In this document: positions 41,601-49,740 of the stretch, piece by piece
How the letters are laid out: every line of letters starts with the position of its first letter
Position numbering within the stretch: the first letter of the stretch is position 1
The notes under the pieces: generated by a model
Told to the model about the DNA's origin: nothing
Seen by the model: the letters and a program-made list of their open reading frames with translations, nothing else
The model's database searches: none
Translations under genes and position numbers: made by a program
Assembly (NCBI GenBank): GCA_049510745.1
Contig: JBEKYR010000001.1
Location: 1 to 64,000, forward strand
Direction: 5' to 3'
Length of the DNA stretch: 64,000 nucleotides
Origin: Verrucomicrobiota bacterium
GTDB taxonomy: Bacteria; Verrucomicrobiota; Verrucomicrobiia; Limisphaerales; Palsa-1400

Positions 41601-42733
41601 AAACCGCCGGTGGAACCGATAACACGGCCACCTACGGCAGCACGACCTGGAGCAATTATACGTACACGTTGAGCGCCATGAAGCTGGGCGGCAGCGAAGG
41701 GTTCCTGATCATGTTCAATGTGCTTGACACAAACAATTACATGTGGTGGAACATCGGCGGCTGGAATAACACCCAAACCGGCATCGAATGGGCGCAAAAC
41801 GGCTCGAAAAGCCTGCTCGCTTCGGTTCCCATGACGATCAACACCGGCCAGTGGTACCAGATTCGCATCGAACTGGGCGCTGACATCCGCTGCTATCTGG
41901 ATGGCGTATTGATCCATGCCGTGTCGAGCGCGGCTGCGGCGCTCTACGCCTCGAGCAGTTTCCTGCGTGCCAACGGCCAGATCATCGTCAAGGCGGTCAA
42001 TGTCACCGGCTCGCCTGCCCCGACCGAACTCCGCCTCAACGCCGCGCGCGGCCTGGCCCCCACTGCCGCTGCCACCGTCCTCACTTCCGCCAGCCCGCTC
42101 GACGAGAATTCCCTCGCTCAACCGACCAACGTCGTTCCGGCCACGACCCTGTTGACGGGCGTGTCCACCGATTTTGCGTACACGTTCCCGGCCAATTCGC
42201 TCACGATCTTGCGCTTCCAGGAGCAGCCCGATTCCCCCGTGGGTGTTTCGCTCCAAGCCCCAACCAATCAACTGAACCTAGCCGCCCTCTCGAACGGCGT
42301 TCCGGTCATGCTCAGTTCCTTCATCACCAACACCGTCTCGGTCACGTACACGGTGGATGCTCCCGGAGGAATCGTGGCCCGCGGCACGCTGACGTTTGCG
42401 CCGGGTGACCTGGGCAAAGTGATCCTGCTCTCGATTCCAAATCTGCAAAGTTACAGCCTCTTGCGCGTGACTCTGAGCAGTCCGGTCGGCGGCCAGTTAA
42501 GCGGCATCACGCAAGCTTACTATGTGAACCTGCCCAGTGTGGGGGGCGTGCCTTTGCTGGGTCTGGGGCAGTTCCCGGATCAAACCGTCCTCTACTGGAG
42601 CGATGGAACATGCGCCCTGCAACAAGCCGGCAGCCTGCCGGGGCTTTGGACCACCGTTTCCAACACCCCCAGTCCCGTGAGCATCACCCTCGGCAACGCC
42701 CAACAGTTCTATCGCCTCCATCGGCGGCAGTAA
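38633..42733 (+). CDS. Secreted modular GH51 alpha-L-arabinofuranosidase (LamG - Ig - Big - CBM4/9-like - GH51 with lectin-like insert - C-terminal domains)
   Basis: Signal peptide; LamG (WARIYDFG, GSINEFRIY); GIFFEE..GDGGLYAELVRNRSFE; RFPGG; EIGNE and FVGEY catalytic motifs; MERNSDVV; ends QQFYRL. Confidence 0.92.
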   Translation: MFLKTSTPLLAMLSLLGVMTAPGQTANMTHRYSFNGNANDLVGTANGVLQGGAIISNNALVLNGVNSYVSLPANIVTNYTAITLETWITDNGSGGWARIYDFGNNTTDYMFLTLPSGGGNLRGAYTTNGNGAEQVLEWPNGGRPAVGQQSHIVWTSDGATHLGLLYVNGVPVGTNANMTLTPATLGPTINNWLGRSQFSGDPYFYGSINEFRIYNIALSSNAIFQDHLLGPDTLGGGPVSFLVQPQSQSVLDLGNVTFSAVVGGTLPISLQWYRNGVPLTGATNLTLSFIAALTDNNASYQLWATNTYTNTIHVAASSNATLTVTAVTTPPVLLSAQDVSTNTVQLVFSEALSADTATNLANYAISSLGGSVSATAATLDGTATLVTLTIPPLVFGTSYTVTVNGVKDLFGNVIAPGSQATFIYVPNSITIQADQPGVTISSNLFGIFFEELSSAGDGGLYAELVRNRSFEDNTNNPDYWTFVTSGTAAGSMALDTSLPLSPSNLTSLRLTLSNGVGTVGAANSGYWGIPVSSGALYNLGFYARCSSNFHASITTSLESSDGSAVYASSSLAGVTTGWTHFTALLTPNPTDPAARLALRISQPGTVWLDFVSLFPSQTFHNRTNGLRPDLANMLVNLRPSFVRFPGGAWVDGAGVPDFYNWEVTVGNPADRQPRWDLWGYMVDNGLGYHEYLQMCEDLGAVPLFAVNCGMDYSVAVATNQLSPYIQEALDAIEYANGATNSFWGAQRAANGHPAPFNLAYMEIGNENGGADYDTHYAMFYDAIKAQYPQMKLIATSVVSSRPMDVVDEHYYPDPVFFEQQSVRYDTYSRSGPRIFVGEYAVTSGSGNGNLAGALGEAAFMTGMERNSDVVIMASYAPLFANLNNKDWNPDLIYFTGTQVYGTPSYYAQQMFSLNRGDVVLSNSVVAPAMASTNHGAIGLGTWNTQSAYSNLLVTAGATTLYQSDFTTPAGTNGWQFGTGTWVATGGMLEQTAGGTDNTATYGSTTWSNYTYTLSAMKLGGSEGFLIMFNVLDTNNYMWWNIGGWNNTQTGIEWAQNGSKSLLASVPMTINTGQWYQIRIELGADIRCYLDGVLIHAVSSAAAALYASSSFLRANGQIIVKAVNVTGSPAPTELRLNAARGLAPTAAATVLTSASPLDENSLAQPTNVVPATTLLTGVSTDFAYTFPANSLTILRFQEQPDSPVGVSLQAPTNQLNLAALSNGVPVMLSSFITNTVSVTYTVDAPGGIVARGTLTFAPGDLGKVILLSIPNLQSYSLLRVTLSSPVGGQLSGITQAYYVNLPSVGGVPLLGLGQFPDQTVLYWSDGTCALQQAGSLPGLWTTVSNTPSPVSITLGNAQQFYRLHRRQ

Positions 42734-42758
42734 CGGAGTTTTTCTCGCTGAAACTTTT

Positions 42759-42955
42759 TGGACACTCGTCAATGCCTCCGTAGGGCAAGCCGCGATCCAC
42801 CAGGGAAAATGACTAATGACTAAATCATAATGACGAAACAATGCTCAAATGACTCAATGACGAAAACAGAACCCGCATTAATTTCGTCATTCGGGCTCCG
42901 TCATTCCTTCGTCATTCGAGCTTAGGCATTCGTCATTCTTTCTGGGCCTGTCTGC
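42759..42955. repeat. Dispersed ~200-bp heptamer/palindromic element, copy 2 (inverted relative to copy 1)
   Basis: Reverse complement begins gcagacaggcccagaaagaatgacgaatgcctaagctc, matching 28271 onward, and shares the ggtggatcg..cttgccct..agtgtcca tail. Confidence 0.85.
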
Positions 42956-43081
42956 GGCCAGCCGTCATCTCCCATCAACAACAGGGTTGCCGCAGACCGG
43001 GATGCGCTCTTTTGACTGGCCGCTTCGATTGCCGCTTTGCAACCCCGCGTTTTCGGCGTAACCTGCGCGTTGTCTCGAAAC

Positions 43082-44452
43082 ATGCCCAGCGTTTATATCA
43101 AGACCTACGGCTGCCAGATGAACGAGCGCGATTCGGAGGCGGTCGCCGCCCAACTGGTCGCCAAAGGCTACTCTCTGGCCCCGTCCGAGGCGGTGGCTGA
43201 TGTCGTTCTGCTCAATACGTGCAGCGTGCGCGACGCGGCCGAGCAAAAAGCCGTCGGCAAAATGAAAACCATCGCGGCCGAGGTCCGCCGGCATCGCCCC
43301 CATGTCGTCCTGGGTTTCCTGGGCTGCATGGCGCAAAGCCGGGGCCGCCAATTGATCGACCAGTTGCCCGATGTCGATCTGGTCGTCGGCACGCAAAAAT
43401 TCCACCGCGCGGCCGATTACCTGGATGAGATCGTGGCCGGGAAGCGGGAGAAAATTGTTGACATCGAAGCCGAAGCGGGCAGCGAGGGCGCGATCAAGGA
43501 GCATTTGCTCTTGGGCCGGGGCGCGCCCGGCGGGAACGGCGCGGCTGTGACCGCGTTCGTCAGCATCATGCAAGGATGCAACCAGCGTTGCACGTTTTGC
43601 ATCGTTCCCCACACGCGGGGCGAAGAGCGCAGCCGCACGATCGCGGACATTGTGGCCGAAGGCCGCCAGTTGGCGGAAGGCGGCGTCAAGGAAATCACGC
43701 TGCTGGGCCAGATCGTCACCAGTTACGGCAGGCGCGACCTGCCGCCGCGCGGCGGCAAATCCGCTTTTGTCCAATTGCTGGAGGCGGTGCAGGAGATCGA
43801 CGGCTTGGAGCGCATCCGCTTTACTTCGCCGCATCCGAAGGGCTACGGCGACGATTTGGTCGAGGCTTACGCGCGGCTGCCCAAGCTTTGCGAAAGCGCC
43901 CATCTGCCGGTGCAGAGCGGGAGCGACCGCGTTTTGAAAGCGATGCATCGCGGCTACACCCGCGCGCGCTTCCTCGGCCTCGTTGAAAAACTGCGCCGGG
44001 CGCGGCCGGGCATCGGCGTCACGACGGACGTCATCGTGGGTTTCCCCGGCGAGACGGAGGAGGACTTTGAGGAAACGCTCTCGCTGGCGCGCGAGGCGCA
44101 ATTCGACAACGCCTACCTGTTCAAATACTCGCCGCGCAAGGACACGCCGGCGGCGGAGATGCCGGGCCAGGTGCCGGCGGAAATCAAGGAGCAACGCCAT
44201 ACTCGTCTGCTTGAGGAAATCAACGCCATCGGCCGGCGCCGTTACGGCGCCTGCGTGGGGCAGACCGTTCAAATCCTGGTGGAAGGGCCGAGCAAAAGAA
44301 ATCCCGTCCGCCTGGCGGGACGGACTCGCTGCAACAAAATCGTGGTGTTCGAGGGCGGCGCGCGGCACCGCGGGCAGTTGATGGATTTGAAGATTACGCG
44401 GGCCGGTTCGTTTACCCTTTACGGCGATCCGGCCATTGTGAATCTGGATTAG
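43082..44452 (+). CDS. miaB: tRNA-2-methylthio-N6-dimethylallyladenosine synthase
   Basis: TYGCQMNERDSE, LNTCSVR, GCMAQ, CNQRCTFC radical-SAM motif, HLPVQSGS, TRAM domain. Confidence 0.96.
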   Translation: MPSVYIKTYGCQMNERDSEAVAAQLVAKGYSLAPSEAVADVVLLNTCSVRDAAEQKAVGKMKTIAAEVRRHRPHVVLGFLGCMAQSRGRQLIDQLPDVDLVVGTQKFHRAADYLDEIVAGKREKIVDIEAEAGSEGAIKEHLLLGRGAPGGNGAAVTAFVSIMQGCNQRCTFCIVPHTRGEERSRTIADIVAEGRQLAEGGVKEITLLGQIVTSYGRRDLPPRGGKSAFVQLLEAVQEIDGLERIRFTSPHPKGYGDDLVEAYARLPKLCESAHLPVQSGSDRVLKAMHRGYTRARFLGLVEKLRRARPGIGVTTDVIVGFPGETEEDFEETLSLAREAQFDNAYLFKYSPRKDTPAAEMPGQVPAEIKEQRHTRLLEEINAIGRRRYGACVGQTVQILVEGPSKRNPVRLAGRTRCNKIVVFEGGARHRGQLMDLKITRAGSFTLYGDPAIVNLD

Positions 44453-47400
44453 AATTTTTCCACTATCCAACTCACTGCGTCGCCCAGGATGGCGTTGCCT
44501 TGGGGCGACGCCAGCAAGGTGGACCAGATGTAAAACACTTTGCCGCCTTTGCCGGCGCCGGCGCCGAGTTCGACGTAAAAAGCGGCGTCGCCACGATTGC
44601 GGCCGCCGCCATCGACGACCGAGAGCAACGGAACAAAGCGGTCGGCCGGATCGATCTCGGAACGTTGGACGGCGCGCAAACGCGGGTCGCCTTCCGGAAA
44701 CGCAAATTGGGCCGGAACTGAATGCAGCAGCTTTTGACCGGGGTTGGTCTGGATGCGCAAGCCTTCGGGCGCTTCTTCAAAGGCGGCGGACAACGGCAAT
44801 CCCAATTGCGGCAGGACCGGGTCCGGCTGGCCCGGGGGCCCTCCCGCGCGGCTGCCGTAATACAGAGGATAGGGTCCGCTGGCCAAAAGCACGAGCGTTC
44901 CACCCTCTGTCAAGTAACGCTTCAAGGCCGCAATCCCGTCGCCTTCCGCGCTCACGGTTTTCACGTAATTCTCGTCGCCCAGATAAAACGCGAACGGAAA
45001 ACGGGCGGCGTTGAATTTGTCGGCGGCGACGAACTCGCCCGGCGACAGGCGGACCCACTTTTTTCGCAAACCCGTCAGCGCGGCAAAGTTGGCGGCGGGA
45101 CCGTCCGTCGCGCCGGGGAGCAGCGCCATCGTTCCGTCCGGCAACCCCCCCACGCGCCGTCGCAACTCCGCCAGCGTCTTGAGTTCGCGGCGTTCGGCGG
45201 CCAAATCGACCGCGGTCGCGGCCATCGCCTTGCGGGCTGCGGCTGAGGTGGCTGCGTCGTTGCCCAGGGTCACGGCCATGAGCAGCGTCCCGCTCGGGTC
45301 AATCCCCGTCACCGATGTTCCGGCCGGAATATCCGCATAATCAAGAAGAATTCTCCGCTCGAAAAGAGGCGGCCAGGCGCGCCACGCCAGAACGGCTTTG
45401 CCGGCCAGCGGCCGCCGGCTGCCATCGCTCAAAATCAGCTTTGGCGCGGCTTCTCCGTCGGGCGCATAGGCGGCAAAAAGGGTGCGCAGCAATGGAGCTT
45501 TGAAGAAAATGGGATGACTGGCGGCCCGGTCCCCTTGCCAGAACGGCACGCCGAATACCCAATGCTCCCCGGCAACCAGCCCCGCGAAGGACTGCGGATC
45601 GTTCCAGTCCTGCCGCAGCGGAACATCGCCCTCCACCGGCAGCAGGAAGAAGTCCCCGCGTGTTTCCGGTCCTGGCTTCTGCCCGCAATAGACGAGCGGC
45701 GTCGTGAAGTTCGTGGCCGCAAGCCCTTCCGGGAGCGTGCCGATGGCAATCACGTCGCCGTTGCGCAATCCTGTCAAGTAAAGCGAAGACGGCGCCTGGG
45801 CCGGCCGGCGGGCCTGGGTTTCATCGAGCGGGCGCTGGTTGAGCGCGACCGGAAGCCGCGAAATATCGACATTGGGATAGGAAAAACTCACGTCGAACGG
45901 CTCCGCGTTCGACGACACGATGCGAAAGGAGCACGCGCCGTCGCCGTCAGTCTTGTAATCGGCCACGTCGTGATCGGTCGAGCCTTTGCAGAACGCGATG
46001 CAGGCGCGGGCGCCGGCGACGACGCGCAGTTTCGAGGCTCCGACCGGTTCGTTCATGGCCAGCGGCACGACAAAGCCGTAATTGTAACGCTGGCCGCGGC
46101 CCGGCCCTGCGCCGTCGAAAATTCCCAGACCCTCGGTCAAGGAACTGCCGCCGTAATCGGCCAGGGAATCTTCGTGCAGCGGGCGGTAGAGCTGGGGCCA
46201 GCGTTGCAGAATGCCGCGCAAATAGTAGCGCATCCGTTCGTCGCCCGTGTGGACATAGACCTGGGTCAAGGCGTCGATGACCCAACTGGCTTCGTTGGCG
46301 CAGCCCAGGCCCGCCCAGTCCCGTCCGCTGTTCGGCTCCAGCAAAAAGGAGCCGTCCACGGCGCCGTCAAACCGGTCCGAGTCCATCGCCCAAATCGGCA
46401 GATAGCGCCAGAGGACGTTGTCGGCCAGGCGCAGCGCCTCTTCCGCGCGGGACTTGCGGGCGGAATCGTTTTTGAAAGTGAAGTAATAATCGAGCAGAAA
46501 GGCGGCCTTCAATCCGCCGCCGATGGCGAAGGGGGAGGAGGGCACGTCGGCGAATTCGTTGCGCGTCCAGACACAATTCCCGGCCCAATTGAAAAGCTGG
46601 TCAATGGCTTCGAGGTAGGAGGGCCGGACCTGCTGCCATGCCCGGTCATAACGATACAACTCGACCAGGGTCCGCGCCGCGTACCAGCCGTCCGAGTTGT
46701 GGAGGGTGGTGACGGCGGGGCCGCCCCAGCGGTCGCGCCAGGCGCCGGCCAGGGGCTTTTCCCAAAAAAGACAAACTTCGCCATTCATCTTGACACGGCG
46801 GCCATATTTTTCCAGCAGCGTTTCCAGGCTGCGGCGGGCCTGGGCGATGGCGTTGGTGTCGTTTTGGCGCGCGGCCGTGTCGATGGGCATTTCGCGATGG
46901 CCGGCCCAGCCGTAGGGCAGCAGCGTGCCCTCCGGATAAAACTGGGGTTCGCCGCCCGGCCCCCAAACCGCGGGGCCGATGGGGCCAAGGAAGTCCTTCA
47001 AGCGCCCCGCGCCGGGCAGCCACGCCAGGTCATTCATCGCCGGCACGGCCGGCAGGACGTTGCGGTAACGCTGGAACAACCGCTCTTGGAAACGCTCGTT
47101 CGGGTCCCCGGTGGCGGGAAGGTCTGTGTCAACAATCAGTTGGAAATGGGATTCGAGCGTCTCGCCGCCTTTGGGAAACACCAGATTGCCATAGCGCAAC
47201 CCGCCGAAAGGAAAGGCCAGCGTGATAAAGCTCTTTTCCGCGCCTTCCCGCCAGCAGTAGGCGGTGGCAATGAAACGCTCGGATTGGTCCGTGGCGCGGC
47301 TTTCCTGAAAATCATAGCCCGCGTAGAGTCGTCTCTCCGGGTCCCACAGGCCGATCATCGGAATGGGATGCGCCCCCAGCGGGCAGAGGTAACTCCAGTT

Positions 47401-47916
47401 GCGGTTCCAGAGACAGGAGATTTCGGGCGAGCCGGCGTGCTGGTCCCCGAGCAGCGGGAAAGGATCGTCGTTGGGCGTGGCGTTGAGCCAGCCGCGCTGG
47501 TGCCACACCTTGGCCGACGGCATCGGGCAAATGAGAAAATGAAAAGGCGTCTTGGCCCCGCCGAACAGCCGCTCCCAGCGCGCGGCGTCGAAATGGACGA
47601 GCGTCAAGTGGAAACCAACAACAGGTTCGGGAGCCTCCCTGGAGCCGGGCGCGATGCTGACAAAATCCTCCCGCCCAAAACTCACCGCCAGCGGGTCTGC
47701 GCAATGCAACCCCGACAGCCGCAGCCCGCCACCGTCCTTCTCCACCTTGTCCGCCGCCAGAACGCCGCCGGCGCAGAGGCGGATGGGCGCGGCGACCTTG
47801 CCGTCGGCCAAAACGTCAAAACCCTCGTGGCCGGCCGGTTGGAAGGTGAGAGGGGCGCCGGCCAGCGACCAAGCCGCGAAGCTGAGGACAAGCGAAAGCG
47901 CGCGAAAGTGACTCAT
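44449..47916 (-). CDS. Large secreted hypothetical protein (~1155 aa), possibly carbohydrate-active
   Basis: Signal peptide MSHFRALSLVLSFAAWSLA; Trp/Tyr-rich; helical core; C-terminal LKRYLTEGGTLVLLA resembling a GATase-like/trimerisation domain. Confidence 0.75.
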   Translation of the reverse strand: MSHFRALSLVLSFAAWSLAGAPLTFQPAGHEGFDVLADGKVAAPIRLCAGGVLAADKVEKDGGGLRLSGLHCADPLAVSFGREDFVSIAPGSREAPEPVVGFHLTLVHFDAARWERLFGGAKTPFHFLICPMPSAKVWHQRGWLNATPNDDPFPLLGDQHAGSPEISCLWNRNWSYLCPLGAHPIPMIGLWDPERRLYAGYDFQESRATDQSERFIATAYCWREGAEKSFITLAFPFGGLRYGNLVFPKGGETLESHFQLIVDTDLPATGDPNERFQERLFQRYRNVLPAVPAMNDLAWLPGAGRLKDFLGPIGPAVWGPGGEPQFYPEGTLLPYGWAGHREMPIDTAARQNDTNAIAQARRSLETLLEKYGRRVKMNGEVCLFWEKPLAGAWRDRWGGPAVTTLHNSDGWYAARTLVELYRYDRAWQQVRPSYLEAIDQLFNWAGNCVWTRNEFADVPSSPFAIGGGLKAAFLLDYYFTFKNDSARKSRAEEALRLADNVLWRYLPIWAMDSDRFDGAVDGSFLLEPNSGRDWAGLGCANEASWVIDALTQVYVHTGDERMRYYLRGILQRWPQLYRPLHEDSLADYGGSSLTEGLGIFDGAGPGRGQRYNYGFVVPLAMNEPVGASKLRVVAGARACIAFCKGSTDHDVADYKTDGDGACSFRIVSSNAEPFDVSFSYPNVDISRLPVALNQRPLDETQARRPAQAPSSLYLTGLRNGDVIAIGTLPEGLAATNFTTPLVYCGQKPGPETRGDFFLLPVEGDVPLRQDWNDPQSFAGLVAGEHWVFGVPFWQGDRAASHPIFFKAPLLRTLFAAYAPDGEAAPKLILSDGSRRPLAGKAVLAWRAWPPLFERRILLDYADIPAGTSVTGIDPSGTLLMAVTLGNDAATSAAARKAMAATAVDLAAERRELKTLAELRRRVGGLPDGTMALLPGATDGPAANFAALTGLRKKWVRLSPGEFVAADKFNAARFPFAFYLGDENYVKTVSAEGDGIAALKRYLTEGGTLVLLASGPYPLYYGSRAGGPPGQPDPVLPQLGLPLSAAFEEAPEGLRIQTNPGQKLLHSVPAQFAFPEGDPRLRAVQRSEIDPADRFVPLLSVVDGGGRNRGDAAFYVELGAGAGKGGKVFYIWSTLLASPQGNAILGDAVSWIVEKF

Positions 47917-47947
47917 GCCCCAAGTAGAACGGCCCGCCCGCGCAGCG

Positions 47948-49132
47948 TCAATGCCGCCGTTGAAATTCCTCCCAGGTTGGGGACATGCCCCGGAGCTTGG
48001 CCACAATTTTGGGAAACGTTTCCAGGACGTAATCGATGTCCTCGTCGCTGTTGTCCTTGCCCAGCGAGAAGATGACGGCGGCCTGCGCCAGGGCGGGGTC
48101 GAGGCCGATCGCTTCCAGAACGTGCGAGGGCCGGAGAGATTTGCTCACGCAACCGGAGCGGCCGGCCAGCGCGATCCCGCGCGTGTCGCACAAGAGCACC
48201 TGCCCTTCGCCTTCGGTGAATTCGGCGGATATATTCAGATTGACGGGACTGCGGCGGGGGCCGGGTTCGGGACCGTTGAGATGCAGGTGCGCGACGGCGG
48301 CGCGCAGGCCCTCCCACAACCGCCCTTGCAGACGCGCGCAGCGGGCGGCCCGCTCCGGCAACTCGCGCGCGGCCATTTCCGCCGCGACACCGGCGCCGAC
48401 AATTCCCGGCACGTTCTCCACCCCGGCGCGGCGGCCGCCTTCCTGGTCTCCGCCGTGCAGCAGGCCCGCTAGGCGCGCGCGGCGGTGGCGATACAACACC
48501 CCGACGCCTTTCGGGCCGTAAAAGCGATGGGGCGAGAAGGACAGCAGGTCCGCGCCCAACGCCTGCACATCGACCGGCAGCCAGCCCGCGCTGGCGTCGG
48601 CATCGACATAGAACGGGATGCCCTTTTCATGGGCCACGCCGCTGATCTCGCGGATGGGTTCAATGGCGCCGATGTCGTGATTGACATGGTGGACGGCGAT
48701 TAAAATAGTTTTGTCAGTGATGGCCGAGCGGACCCGCGCCGGATCGACGGCTCCGAGGCGGTCCACCTCCAGGCGCGTGCAGGTGAAGCCGCGCTGCTCG
48801 AGGAAGGCGGCCGAGTTGAGCACCGCCGGATGTTCGATCCGGCTGAGAACCAGGTGGTTTCCCCGGCGCTGGTTCGCCCACGCCGTGCCTTTGACCGCGA
48901 GGTTGGCCGATTCGGTCCCGTCGGACGTGAAGATGATCTCCTCGGGAGAGCCGGCGTTGATGAGGCGGGCGATCTGGGTGCGGGCGGCGTCCACCGCGTC
49001 CCGCGCCCGCAGGCCGTGCTGATGGAGCGAGGAGGGATTGCCAAATGCCCCGGCCAGGAACGGTTTCATGGCTTCCCACACTTCCGGCAGCGCGGGCGTG
49101 GCGGATTGGTGGTCGAGATAGACTTGCCGCAT
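47948..49132 (-). CDS. IscS/NifS-type cysteine desulfurase homologue lacking the PLP-binding lysine
   Basis: YLDH, FGNPSSLH, FTSDGTESAN, IEHPAV, SPHRFYGPKG (HK changed to HR), RAGVEN, SGCVS...PSHVL. Confidence 0.88.
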   Translation of the reverse strand: MRQVYLDHQSATPALPEVWEAMKPFLAGAFGNPSSLHQHGLRARDAVDAARTQIARLINAGSPEEIIFTSDGTESANLAVKGTAWANQRRGNHLVLSRIEHPAVLNSAAFLEQRGFTCTRLEVDRLGAVDPARVRSAITDKTILIAVHHVNHDIGAIEPIREISGVAHEKGIPFYVDADASAGWLPVDVQALGADLLSFSPHRFYGPKGVGVLYRHRRARLAGLLHGGDQEGGRRAGVENVPGIVGAGVAAEMAARELPERAARCARLQGRLWEGLRAAVAHLHLNGPEPGPRRSPVNLNISAEFTEGEGQVLLCDTRGIALAGRSGCVSKSLRPSHVLEAIGLDPALAQAAVIFSLGKDNSDEDIDYVLETFPKIVAKLRGMSPTWEEFQRRH

Positions 49133-49137
49133 CGCGC

Positions 49138-49584
49138 TTAATTCCGGCGGCGCTCTCCCTGTCGAGTCAAGTCAAGTGTTTTCTGCTGCCGGATCAAGTC
49201 GCGCAGGCTCGTCGCCGTGAGCGCGTCTTTGACGCCGTTCTGCGCCCGCTCGAACAAGCCGCACAAGGCGCAGCCGCCGACGTGTTGGCAATCCGGCTTG
49301 GCCTGCTTGCACCGCTGAAAAACGATCTTGCCTTCGACCGCCTCGATGATTTCCAGCACGGAGATGTCGGCGGGATTCTTGGCCAGGGCGAAACCGCCGC
49401 CCGACCCGCGAATGGAGCGCACCAGCCCCGCCTTGGCGAGGCTTTGAAAGATTTTGGCCAGGAAACTCTTGGGAATCCGCTCCTGGCGGCTGACCTGGTC
49501 GATCATGGCCCGCTGGCCTGGCTGGCGCCGGGCCAGGTGCATCAGCCCCAACACCCCGTATTCGCCTGCGCGGGTAATTTGCAT
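49138..49584 (-). CDS. Rrf2-family transcriptional regulator with an Fe-S-type Cys motif
   Basis: wHTH, SIRGSGGGF.LA, ISVLEIIEAVEG, C-x6-C-x5-C-x2-C. Confidence 0.92.
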   Translation of the reverse strand: MQITRAGEYGVLGLMHLARRQPGQRAMIDQVSRQERIPKSFLAKIFQSLAKAGLVRSIRGSGGGFALAKNPADISVLEIIEAVEGKIVFQRCKQAKPDCQHVGGCALCGLFERAQNGVKDALTATSLRDLIRQQKTLDLTRQGERRRN

Positions 49585-49620
49585 TTAAATGGTTGACGAG
49601 TTCTTCTTGTAACGCCGAAT

Positions 49621-49671
49621 TCGGACTGACTTTGTCCGATAAAACATAGGCGGGGCACGGCGGAACGTCAA
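49621..49671 (-). promoter_or_regulatory. Sigma70 promoter of the rrf2-iscS-like operon with a palindromic operator
   Basis: Minus strand: TTGACG (49671-49666), 17 bp spacer, TATGTT (49648-49643), then TCGGAC-N7-GTCCGA palindrome (49621-49639). Confidence 0.65.
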
Positions 49672-49740
49672 CCCAGGAATGCCCGGTTGCGTTGAAAAAC
49701 CATTGAATCCCCGCTTCGTCCCGGCGACAATCTTGCCGAC

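Noticed and set aside
23044..48075. Very long antisense ORFs (e.g. 23044-25152 +, 35938-38364 +, 45514-48075 +, 30395-31963 +)
   Set aside because: They mirror well-supported genes on the opposite strand, show no recognisable motifs, and are expected from high-GC codon bias
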